This document shows, in pieces, positions 52,191-64,000 of a DNA stretch of 64,000 nt. Where the stretch lies: the NCBI GenBank assembly GCA_963820525.1, contig CAWGAA010000001.1, positions 480,001 through 544,000 of the forward strand, read 5' to 3'. How positions within the stretch are numbered: position 1 is the first letter of the stretch; the number at the start of each line of letters is the position of its first letter. The position numbers and the translations under genes are program-made. Source of the DNA: an uncultured Spirochaetota bacterium. GTDB taxonomy: Bacteria; Spirochaetota; Spirochaetia; SZUA-6; Fen-1364. Below the pieces are notes generated by a model. The model was not told the origin of the DNA and did no database searches. It saw nothing but the letters and a program-made list of their open reading frames with translations.

Positions 52191-53323
52191 CCCATGAACT
52201 CCCTGGTTTTCGCCCGCGCCGCCGCGTCGACTTCAAGCACTTCCTCTACGGTGGATGGTCCCGGTCCCCACTCCATGGAAAGCGTCCGCTCCACCAGGTC
52301 CGGAATTCCCATGAACGGGATGGCGCCGGCCATGAAGGCGGCCACCGCCACTTCATTTGCCGCATTGTACGCGATCGGATGGGCGAGAGACAGCTCTGCG
52401 GCGCGATACGCGAGGCCCAGCATCCTGTACCTCTCCCTGTCGACGGCGAAAAAGCTCAAGGATTTTCCGCCCAGGTCGAGCCATTCGACCCGGTTGGCCG
52501 ACACGGCGGGAAAGGTGAGGGCGTTCTGGATGGGGATCCGCATGTCGGCCGTGCTCGCCTGTGCGTGGAGAGTGCCGTCGATCGTTCGAACGAGGGAGTG
52601 GACGAGGCTCTGGGGGTGGATCAGAACGCGGATCCTTTCCAGGGGAACGGCGAAGAGTCTGTGGGCCTCGATGACTTCCAGACCCTTGTTCGCCATGGTA
52701 GCGGAGTCCACCGTGATCTTCGGTCCCATCTTCCATGTCGGATGCCGCAGGGCATCCTGGAATGTGACTCGTGAAAGGCTTTCAGCGGGCAGGTCTCGAA
52801 ACGCTCCTCCGGAAGCGGTTATGACGAGCTCCGCCACGTGGCCGGGATCCAGGCTTCGGAGAATGCTGAACAGGGCGGCGTGCTCGGAGTCGACGGGCAG
52901 GATCGACCGTCCGCCCCGTTTCGCCTCCGCGAGCAGGAGAGGCCCCGCCATGACCAGGGATTCCTTGTTTGCGAGCGCCAGATCCTTCCCCGACCGCACG
53001 GCGGCGAAGGATGGCAGGAGCCCGGGCGCGCCTGAGATGCCGTTCACGGCGATATCGGCCCCCGTTTCCTCGATCATCCTCACGATACCTTCCGTCCCTC
53101 GATAGATTTTGACGCCCCGTTTCGCCAGGCCGCCTGCCGCAGCCGATTCTTCGGCGATGCCGACGGCCTCCGGGGCGAACTCCCGCGCCTGGAGGGCGAG
53201 CCTCTCCACATTTCGTGCGCAACAGAGAGCCGTAACCCGCAGCGTCTCCGGCATCGCGCGAACAACGGCAAGGGTGCTCTCCCCGATCGAGCCGGTGCTT
53301 CCCAGGACAAGAAGCCTCGTCAC
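52187..53323 (-). CDS. dxr: 1-deoxy-D-xylulose-5-phosphate reductoisomerase
   Basis: GSTGSIG, LANKESLV, LPVDSEH, HPTWKMG, NKGLEVIEAH. Confidence 0.97.
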   Translation of the reverse strand: MTRLLVLGSTGSIGESTLAVVRAMPETLRVTALCCARNVERLALQAREFAPEAVGIAEESAAAGGLAKRGVKIYRGTEGIVRMIEETGADIAVNGISGAPGLLPSFAAVRSGKDLALANKESLVMAGPLLLAEAKRGGRSILPVDSEHAALFSILRSLDPGHVAELVITASGGAFRDLPAESLSRVTFQDALRHPTWKMGPKITVDSATMANKGLEVIEAHRLFAVPLERIRVLIHPQSLVHSLVRTIDGTLHAQASTADMRIPIQNALTFPAVSANRVEWLDLGGKSLSFFAVDRERYRMLGLAYRAAELSLAHPIAYNAANEVAVAAFMAGAIPFMGIPDLVERTLSMEWGPGPSTVEEVLEVDAAARAKTREFMG

Positions 53324-53333
53324 CGCGCTCGCC

Positions 53334-54185
53334 TCAGTGGGAAACCATGGTGAGAAGGTAGTAAAAAAAGGGGGCGCTGAGCAGCATCGAGTCCACGGAA
53401 TCCAGAAGCCCCCCCCTGCCGGGGATGATGATCCCGGAATCCTTCACGCCCGCGGACCTCTTCAGGCCGCTCTCTACCAGATCCCCCACAATCGTGAGGA
53501 TCCCGAGGGCCACGCCGATCGCTAGGTTCGCCGCCAGCCCGAAGGGAGGATAGCCGGGCACGACGAAATGGAAGAGCAGGACGACGATCAGAGAGCCGAC
53601 GATCCCCGCGGCGAATCCGACCGCGCTCTTCTGGGGGCTCACGGGGAGGTTCAGCCGCGTCGAGCTGCCCCAGAGGCTTCCCGCGAAATACGCCGACATG
53701 TCGTTCGCGAACACGACGCCGAGAAAGAACAGGATGTCGAGCGAGGCGGAGGGAAGCGAGCTCAGGCGCACGACGTAGGTGAGGAAGAACCCGGGATAGA
53801 AGAGCGTGAAGAACGAGGAGGACACGAAGGCGAGGATGGCCGGGATGGTGGCGGCGCGCTGGAACACGATTGCCCGCACCAGCACGATGGCGAAGACCAC
53901 GGCGGTCCAGAGCAGGAGGTAGCCCTGGGGGAGGATCCCGGCCGCCTCCAGGTACGCGAAAAGGGGCAGGGTTCCCGAGAACAGGGGCGCGAAGAGGCGG
54001 GAGGTCGGGATGCCCCGCGTTCGAAGGAGAGACTCGGTCTCGAATGCCCCGATCACGGTGGCCACGATGACGACGATGTTGAAGGCGAGATGGTGATACC
54101 CGGGCAGGACCAGGATGAGGACGCCGAGAACGGGAAATGCCACGACGATGAGGAGGATCCGCCAGAGGAAGCCTTTCCAGTTCAC
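53334..54185 (-). CDS. cdsA: Phosphatidate cytidylyltransferase
   Basis: SPQKS, GDLVESGLKR, KDSG, GGLLDSVDS. Confidence 0.95.
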   Translation of the reverse strand: MNWKGFLWRILLIVVAFPVLGVLILVLPGYHHLAFNIVVIVATVIGAFETESLLRTRGIPTSRLFAPLFSGTLPLFAYLEAAGILPQGYLLLWTAVVFAIVLVRAIVFQRAATIPAILAFVSSSFFTLFYPGFFLTYVVRLSSLPSASLDILFFLGVVFANDMSAYFAGSLWGSSTRLNLPVSPQKSAVGFAAGIVGSLIVVLLFHFVVPGYPPFGLAANLAIGVALGILTIVGDLVESGLKRSAGVKDSGIIIPGRGGLLDSVDSMLLSAPFFYYLLTMVSH

Positions 54186-54890
54186 CTATGCCCTTCCGAA
54201 TCTCCGCGCCCTGCGCCCGTAGTCCGACAGGGCGTCGAGAAGGTCCTGCCGGTCCCAGTCGGGCCAGAGCTTCGGGCTGAAATACAGCTCCGCATACGCG
54301 GACTCCCAGAGAAGGTAGTTGGACACCCTCTGCTCTCCCCCGCTCCTGATGAGCAGGTCGGGATCCGGGATCTCCGGATGGTCGAGATACGCGCGGAAGG
54401 ATTCCTCGGTGAGCTCGCCGCCGGTCTCCCGTTCCCTCATGCGCTTCACGGCGCGGATGATCTCGTCCCTGCCGCCGTAGTTGATGGAGAGGTTCACCGT
54501 GAGGCCGTCGAACCCGGCGGTATCCGCTGTGACGGAGACGAGCTCCTCCCGGATATCGGCGGGCAGCCGCTCGATGTCCCCGCTGTGCACGATGCGGATT
54601 CGGTTCTGGCGGTAGAAGTCGTACTCCTTTTTGAGATACGCGCGTATGAGGAACATGAGATACGACACTTCCTCTTCCGCCCGCGCCCAGTTCTCCGTCG
54701 AGAAGGTGTAGAGGCTGAGAAACTCCAGTCCCGCCTCGGAGGCCGCCTTCACGATCCTCTTGGCGGCTTTCACCCCCTCGAGATGGCCCTCGGTCCTGGG
54801 TTTGTTTCTTTCCCGCGCCCACCGGCCGTTTCCATCCATGATGATTCCCACGTGCCGGGGAAGCTTCGAGCCTGAATCTGGGAGGCTCAC
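54186..54890 (-). CDS. uppS: Undecaprenyl diphosphate synthase
   Basis: HVGIIMDGNGRWA, FSTENW, NYGGR, RSGGEQRVSN. Confidence 0.96.
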   Translation of the reverse strand: MSLPDSGSKLPRHVGIIMDGNGRWARERNKPRTEGHLEGVKAAKRIVKAASEAGLEFLSLYTFSTENWARAEEEVSYLMFLIRAYLKKEYDFYRQNRIRIVHSGDIERLPADIREELVSVTADTAGFDGLTVNLSINYGGRDEIIRAVKRMRERETGGELTEESFRAYLDHPEIPDPDLLIRSGGEQRVSNYLLWESAYAELYFSPKLWPDWDRQDLLDALSDYGRRARRFGRA

Positions 54891-55448
54891 ACCTCGAGGA
54901 TTTCCTTTTCCTTGGCGTCGAGAAGCGTGTTGATCTCTTCGATATGCTTGTCCGTCAGCTTCTGGATTTCGTCCGTCGCCTTCTTCGCCTCGTCCTCGGA
55001 GAGCTCGGAAGCCGTCTTGGCCTTTTTGATTTCCTCGTTGGCGTCGCGTCTGTGGTTTCGAACCGCCACCCGGGACTGCTCGGCGATGTTCTTGGTGAAC
55101 TTCACCAGCTCCTTCCTGCGCTCCTCGGTGAGCGGGGGGATGTTGATCCTGATGACCTTGCCGTCATTGTTCGGGATTCACCGAAAGCTCGGACTTCTGG
55201 ATCGCCTTCTCGATCTCCGGCAGCACGCTCCTGTCCCAGGGCTGGATGATGACCATCCGCGCCTCCGGGATCGAGATGGTGGCCACCTGGTTGAGGGGGA
55301 CTTTCTGGCCGTAATAATCGACCCTGATCTTCTCGAACAGGGCCTGGGAAGCGCGGCTGCCGCGGAGCGTCTTGAACTCGTCTTGGAGGGACTGGATGCT
55401 CTTTTTCATCCCGTCCTCGGCCTGGCTCTTGATCTTCTCCCTGGTCAT
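54887..55448 (-). CDS. frr: Ribosome recycling factor, interrupted by one extra base near 55172-55175
   Basis: MTREKIK...IQPWD...ELSVNP in one frame; [22 protein letters not shown]...KEKEILEV in the next; removing 1 nt gives 186 aa. Confidence 0.93.
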
Positions 55449-55462
55449 GCCGGAAATCCTCC

Positions 55463-56302
55463 TTAGCGTTCTTCTCCCAGCTTCATGTACACGTACTCCA
55501 CAACCTCGATCTTTCCCCCGACCTCCTTGCCGAGGTCTTCGAGGACCTTGGAGACCTTGCGCTTTTCGTCCTTCACGAAGGGCTGCTCGAGGAAGCAAAC
55601 CTCGGAGAGGAGCTTGTTCACCTTGCCCTTCACTATCCCGGCCAGCACATTGGCGGGCTTGTCCATCGCCTCGACCTGCTTGGTGAAGATCTCTTCCTGC
55701 TCCTTGAGGTACGAAGGATTCACCCTGTCGCGGGAGAGGAACATCGGAGAGAAGGCGGCGACATGGAGGGCGAGGTCGAAGAGGACTTCCTTCACGCGTG
55801 GGTTCTCCTTCAGGTGGGCGGAGGAGAGCGTGGCGCGGATCATGACCCCGATCCTGTTGTCGTGCACGTATTCGACGAGGGCCTCGTCCGCCGCGACGGG
55901 CACGGTCGTGATGCGCCGCAGCTCCATGTTCTCCTTGATCTTTCCGATGGTCTCCTTGACCATCAGCTCCAGCTCGTCGGTCTTCTGCGTGAGGTTCTTC
56001 TTGGCCACGGTCTCCACGAGGGCGCCGCCCAGCTCATTGAAGAGGTTGTTTCTGGCCACGAAATCGGTCTCGCAGGTGAGCTCCAGGAGGATTCCTTTGG
56101 TGGGCAGGATCTTGGTGAAGATCTTGCCGCTGTTGGTGGCTCTTCCCACCTTCTTCTGCGCAACTGCCAGGCCCTGCTCCTTGAGAAGGCGCTCGGCCTT
56201 GGCGAAATCTCCCTCCGCCTTGACGAGGGCGTTCTTGCAGTCCAGCATCCCCGCGCCGGTCTTCTCGCGAAGCAATTTCACGTCGGTTGCCTTGATTTCC
56301 AC
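55463..56302 (-). CDS. tsf: Translation elongation factor Ts
   Basis: LREKTGAGMLDCK, CETDFVA; start GTG 56302 (ATG 56317 possible). Confidence 0.96.
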   Translation of the reverse strand: MEIKATDVKLLREKTGAGMLDCKNALVKAEGDFAKAERLLKEQGLAVAQKKVGRATNSGKIFTKILPTKGILLELTCETDFVARNNLFNELGGALVETVAKKNLTQKTDELELMVKETIGKIKENMELRRITTVPVAADEALVEYVHDNRIGVMIRATLSSAHLKENPRVKEVLFDLALHVAAFSPMFLSRDRVNPSYLKEQEEIFTKQVEAMDKPANVLAGIVKGKVNKLLSEVCFLEQPFVKDEKRKVSKVLEDLGKEVGGKIEVVEYVYMKLGEER

Positions 56303-56313
56303 GTCTCTTGCCC

Positions 56314-57279
<966 letters not shown>

Positions 57280-57366
57280 TTCCTTCCTCCTTCCCCTCTC
57301 TCATCGGCTTTTCCACCCTGACCATACGGCCGGGTGAGATTTTAGGGTCGGCCATCCCATGGCCGG
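57280..57366 (-). promoter_or_regulatory. Structured rpsB leader, candidate S2 autoregulatory element
   Basis: Hairpins at 57349-57365 and 57314-57336 before a purine-rich SD region. Confidence 0.35.
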
Positions 57367-57386
57367 CAATCAAGCCATTCCTACGG

Positions 57387-57968
57387 TCAAAATTTGAAAG
57401 AATTCCTCTTTAACATGCCATAAAAAGCCTCGAGAGGCAAGCCTACGACGTTGCTGAAGGAGCCTTTGATCCACTCCACAAAGAAAGACCCCCGTTCCTG
57501 GATGCGATACGCCCCGGCGGCGCCCGTCCATTCCCCGGATTCGATGTAGAAGTGGATCTCCTCCGCCGACATCTCCCGGAACTTCACCTCGGTGCGCACC
57601 GTCTCTTCCTCCATGGGCTTTCCCCGTTCCACGGAGAGGGCGATCCCGGTATAGACGCGATGGACGGCCCCGGAAAGGGCGCGAAGCATCGATTCGGCCT
57701 CCTCCGGCCCCTCCGGCTTTCCCAGGATCTTTCCCCCCACTTCCACCACCGTGTCCGCCCCAAGCACCCAACGCGGGGACTCGCTCTTGAACATGTCGAG
57801 AATCATCTCGACCTTCCGGCGGGCGATTCCCGCCACCATCTCTTCAACGGGGAGGTCGGAGTCGAAATCCTCGACGAGGCTCGGCGAAATGACCTTGAAG
57901 GGGACCTTCACACGCGTGAGCAGATCCCGGCGGCGCGGCGAACCCGATGCGAGAATGATTGTATCCAT
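57387..57968 (-). CDS. maf: Maf family nucleotide pyrophosphatase
   Basis: ILASGSPRR, GADT, ILGKP, AGAY, VVGLP. Confidence 0.93.
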   Translation of the reverse strand: MDTIILASGSPRRRDLLTRVKVPFKVISPSLVEDFDSDLPVEEMVAGIARRKVEMILDMFKSESPRWVLGADTVVEVGGKILGKPEGPEEAESMLRALSGAVHRVYTGIALSVERGKPMEEETVRTEVKFREMSAEEIHFYIESGEWTGAAGAYRIQERGSFFVEWIKGSFSNVVGLPLEAFYGMLKRNSFKF

Positions 57969-57979
57969 TCTTTAAAACC

Positions 57980-58216
57980 TCACAGGAAATAGAACAGGAT
58001 CACTCCCCCCAGAAGCCCGAGGAATGTACCGGGATTCACGAGGAAATGCAATGAGATCACCGCGAGGTCGAAGCCGATGGGACCCACGCTCATGGCCAGC
58101 GTCACCCCGAAGCGGAGCAAGACCCTTTCCACCACTTCCCAGGCCAGGCCCCCCACGACCGCTCCAATCAAGCCCAAAATGAGCAGGGTGGAGACGTTTT
58201 TCCGATTGAGCTTCAT
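57980..58216 (-). CDS. Small membrane protein
   Basis: 78 aa with two or three hydrophobic segments; directly downstream of a consensus-like promoter. Confidence 0.65.
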   Translation of the reverse strand: MKLNRKNVSTLLILGLIGAVVGGLAWEVVERVLLRFGVTLAMSVGPIGFDLAVISLHFLVNPGTFLGLLGGVILFYFL

Positions 58217-58226
58217 TCGCCGGGGT

Positions 58227-58254
58227 ATTGTAGGGGCCACGGCAACTCTGTCAA
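58227..58254 (-). promoter_or_regulatory. Sigma70 promoter
   Basis: TTGACA-16 nt-TACAAT, 10 nt before ATG 58216. Confidence 0.65.
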
Positions 58255-58283
58255 GGCCGGGGAATCAAAGGCACGCGGGGAGC

Positions 58284-59870
58284 TTATCGGGCGCCCAGCA
58301 GCTCCATGATGAAACGTTTCATCCCCTGGTTTTCGTCAGGCACCCCGGAGAGGTCCCGAACACCGGGCCGGCGGCTCCAGAGACCGACAACGGCGTCAAT
58401 CCAGGGGCTTGGGCACAGGGGTGAGAGGTGGTGGCCGCCCTTTCTCCGTTTGTTGACGACAAGACCTACCCGTTTCGGCGCTTGCCCGGTGAAGTACATG
58501 TCTCCCAAAGGATAAAGGAACAGCAGGTATGGTGAGGTCGGCCCGCCCTCTACCGCGGCAATGCGCACCCCATGGAGGCTCTCGGCTCTCTGGAGAGCCC
58601 TCCGGACCATTGCGAGCAGCTCCTGCCTGCCAAGTCCTCTCTTGGCGGCCACGGCGGCGTTCGAAAGGAGCAGGCCGCAATCCGATGGGTGGTAGTAGAT
58701 GATGGATTGCCGTAAAAGATAGCCATGAGGGCCTCGTTTGACGAGGCCGGCATCCGCCAGGACCTCATTGAAGTGGAGTGTCCCGCGATGCGCCACAGCG
58801 CCATGGTCCGAGGAAATGACGATCAGTAAGTCCTCGTCCGCCGAAGACATAAGCCGTCCCAGGAGCCCATCCACCAGGGCCATGCAGCGTCTCAGAGCTG
58901 AAGCGGCCCTGCCGGTCGGCCACTGCTCTTCCAGAAGATCGATGTAGGCATGGTTGAAGCCGTCGATCAGGGAGAAATAGGCGAGGAGAAGCCCGGAAGG
59001 CAGGCTCTCGGCCGATCGCGCGATGAGCCGGGATTCGCGCTGGAAGGCGCCGGCCGCCGTGGACATCTCGCGGTCGAGAGTGATTTCATCCCCGTCTCCC
59101 CTGCGGTCATTCTCTCTCCTCACCGTGCCGAAGAAGCTGACATCGGCAAATCGCCCGAACCCGTCGCCGCGGAGCTCCTGAAGGAGGCCTGCATCGCTTG
59201 ACCGCAGAATCGCCTCAGTCTCGGGTTGAAGGATCAGGATGCCGGGATCGAGAAGCTGTGCGTCAGCACGGGTTTTACTTGTGAAAGAAACCGGTTTCGT
59301 CTCGCCGTTTGAGAGAACCGCGATTGTTCTGTTGCCCTTCAGAAGGGTTACTCCCCGCCTCCCCGAAAGCGTCGAGATCTCGATTCCCTGGAAGCGTATG
59401 CTCCCGCGTCCCGTGGCGAGATGGATCACGTACGGCGGCCGCCACAACCTGTAGCTGTCAAAGGCCAGTTTCACATGGGAAAGCCTTCCCGTCCATGCGG
59501 GATCGTTTCGAAAGGCTGTATTGATCAGAACGCTTTCCACTCCCCGTGCGTCGAGCTCTTCCCAGATCGAGGTCGATTCCCGTCGAGTGACCGCGAAGCC
59601 GCTCTTCGAGCGAGTGGGATCCCGCGTAAAATCGGGCTGGTAATATCCCCAGACCCCGCTTTTCTCGGGCTCGACTCCACAGAACAGGGAGAGGAGCGCC
59701 GGCGGGGTCTGGCAGCAGGGCAGGGAGGGTTTCGCGGCCTGAAGGCAGCCTTCAGAGGCAAACCGCGAGAGCGAAGGGAGGTTTCCCTCAGAAATGCACC
59801 GCTTCACCTCTTCATGGGCCAGCCCGTCGAAGACGAGCCAGATGACGCGCCGAAACGGTTTGGTTGACAA
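58284..59870 (-). CDS. Alkaline phosphatase superfamily protein (nucleotide pyrophosphatase/phosphodiesterase-like)
   Basis: VFDGL, QTPPAL (putative Thr nucleophile), DGFNH, SSDHG, GGHH; TTG 59870 after GGAGAGG. Confidence 0.75.
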   Translation of the reverse strand: MSTKPFRRVIWLVFDGLAHEEVKRCISEGNLPSLSRFASEGCLQAAKPSLPCCQTPPALLSLFCGVEPEKSGVWGYYQPDFTRDPTRSKSGFAVTRRESTSIWEELDARGVESVLINTAFRNDPAWTGRLSHVKLAFDSYRLWRPPYVIHLATGRGSIRFQGIEISTLSGRRGVTLLKGNRTIAVLSNGETKPVSFTSKTRADAQLLDPGILILQPETEAILRSSDAGLLQELRGDGFGRFADVSFFGTVRRENDRRGDGDEITLDREMSTAAGAFQRESRLIARSAESLPSGLLLAYFSLIDGFNHAYIDLLEEQWPTGRAASALRRCMALVDGLLGRLMSSADEDLLIVISSDHGAVAHRGTLHFNEVLADAGLVKRGPHGYLLRQSIIYYHPSDCGLLLSNAAVAAKRGLGRQELLAMVRRALQRAESLHGVRIAAVEGGPTSPYLLFLYPLGDMYFTGQAPKRVGLVVNKRRKGGHHLSPLCPSPWIDAVVGLWSRRPGVRDLSGVPDENQGMKRFIMELLGAR

Positions 59871-59892
59871 ATCCCTCTCCAGTAGATAACGT
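59864..59892 (+). promoter_or_regulatory. Sigma70 promoter of tRNA-Arg
   Basis: TTGACA-17 nt-TAACGT. Confidence 0.5.
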
Positions 59893-59936
59893 ATCAATAG
59901 CCGCGCGGCGATGAGAATCGCACATCGGGCGCGATT

Positions 59937-60010
59937 GGGCAATTAGCTCAGTTGGATAGAGCGATGGCCTCCGGAGCCATAGGCCGCGCGTTCGAATCGC
60001 GCATTGCCCA
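59937..60010 (+). tRNA. tRNA-Arg (anticodon CCG)
   Basis: GGGCAAT/ATTGCCC acceptor stem, TAGCTCAGTTGGATAGAGC D-arm, ATGGC-CTCCGGA-GCCAT, GTTCGAATC. Confidence 0.95.
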
Positions 60011-60027
60011 GAAAAGTGGCGAGGTAG

Positions 60028-63234
<3,207 letters not shown>

Positions 63235-63247
63235 GCTCAGGGGCCCC

Positions 63248-64000
63248 CTACTTCACTGAGCCCAGCAGGCCTGCAACGAACTGCCTCTGCATGGCCAGGA
63301 ACAGCACCAGGATCGGGAAGACCGATATGCAGACGATGATCATCAGGGCGCCGTACTCGATCATATAGGCGTTCATCATGGACGACATCGCGATGGGAAG
63401 CGTTTTCTTCGAGTCGGTCAAAATGGTCATGAGAGGCCAGAGGTAGGCGTTCCACTGGTTGAGGAAGATATAGATGCAGGCGGAAGCGAAGCTCGCTTTC
63501 ATGGTGGGAAAGACGATGCCGAGGAATATCCGCAGCTCGCTTGCACCGTCCACCCGCGCCGCCTCCATGATCTCGTTCGGGAACAATTTGAAGTTCTGCC
63601 TCATGAAAAAGATGATGAACACAGACATGACGGAAGGAAGGACGATGGCGGCATGGGTGTTGTTCAGCTTGAAGAATGAGATCAGCCGGAACAGGGGAAT
63701 GACGATGGCGATCTGGGGGATGATCAGCGTGAGAAGCAGGAGGGCGAATACCCGCTCCCGGGCCCGCGAGCGGTACTTCTCGAAACCGAAGGCGGCCAGT
63801 GAGTCCACCACCACGCCGAAGACGACAGTCAGGAGCGCCACCTTCGCCGAATTGAAGAAGAACAACAGGAGGTTGTAGTTCTTCGTGGCTTTAGCCCAAT
63901 TGAGCCCGAACTCCTTGCCGGGGATGATGATCCCCCGAACGACGTCATTAGGATTCAGCGTGGTGCCGATGAGCATCCAGAAGAAGGGGAAGATGCACAT
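63248..64000 (-). CDS. Carbohydrate ABC transporter permease (5' end outside window)
   Basis: EAA loop IMEAARVDGAS, WNAYLWP, multiple transmembrane helices. Confidence 0.92.
   Translation of the reverse strand: MCIFPFFWMLIGTTLNPNDVVRGIIIPGKEFGLNWAKATKNYNLLLFFFNSAKVALLTVVFGVVVDSLAAFGFEKYRSRARERVFALLLLTLIIPQIAIVIPLFRLISFFKLNNTHAAIVLPSVMSVFIIFFMRQNFKLFPNEIMEAARVDGASELRIFLGIVFPTMKASFASACIYIFLNQWNAYLWPLMTILTDSKKTLPIAMSSMMNAYMIEYGALMIIVCISVFPILVLFLAMQRQFVAGLLGSVK

Noticed and set aside
50772..54875. Long ORFs 50772..53105 (+), 53320..54822 (-) and 53568..54875 (+)
   Set aside because: Shadows of rseP, dxr, cdsA and uppS
55160..55180. Canonical prfB-type programmed frameshift in frr
   Set aside because: No CTT-TGA slippery site or internal SD; CAA to AAT re-pairing is poor
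55449..55462. Absence of pyrH between tsf and frr as a deletion
   Set aside because: tsf-frr adjacency is, from recall, the usual spirochaete arrangement; used as a taxonomic hint only

Overview
GC-rich bacterial chromosome segment, most likely from a free-living spirochaete (inferred from gene order: rpsB-tsf-frr-uppS-cdsA-dxr-rseP without pyrH; rplU-prp-rpmA-obgE-nadD-yqeK-LCP-rsfS; ispE-spoVG-tRNA-rplY-pth-tilS-ftsH; plus CheX, a long PilZ protein and ComFB proteins). It is mostly housekeeping: the end of a complex I operon (nuoL-M-N), mutL, lepA, translation, replication and MEP genes, four tRNAs (Pro, Asp, Gln, Arg), a GH2 beta-galactosidase and a sugar ABC permease. I found no CRISPR array, transposase, integrase or rRNA. 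Main points: (1) an operon upstream of mutL encodes a ~1650 aa protein with motifs resembling the type IX secretion translocon SprA, plus two paralogous predicted outer-membrane beta-barrels, one fused to a FecR-like domain. (2) Three genes carry one extra base (frr and two of the outer-membrane genes), probably sequence errors. (3) pth has no standard start codon and apparently begins at a CTG directly after the in-frame rplY TAG. (4) Many sigma70-like promoters end 6-10 nt before a start codon with no Shine-Dalgarno (leaderless-like). (5) A 118 aa hyper-acidic protein lies with cheX on the opposite strand between two conserved ribosome-related gene blocks. All family calls come from recognising motifs by eye, not from database searches.
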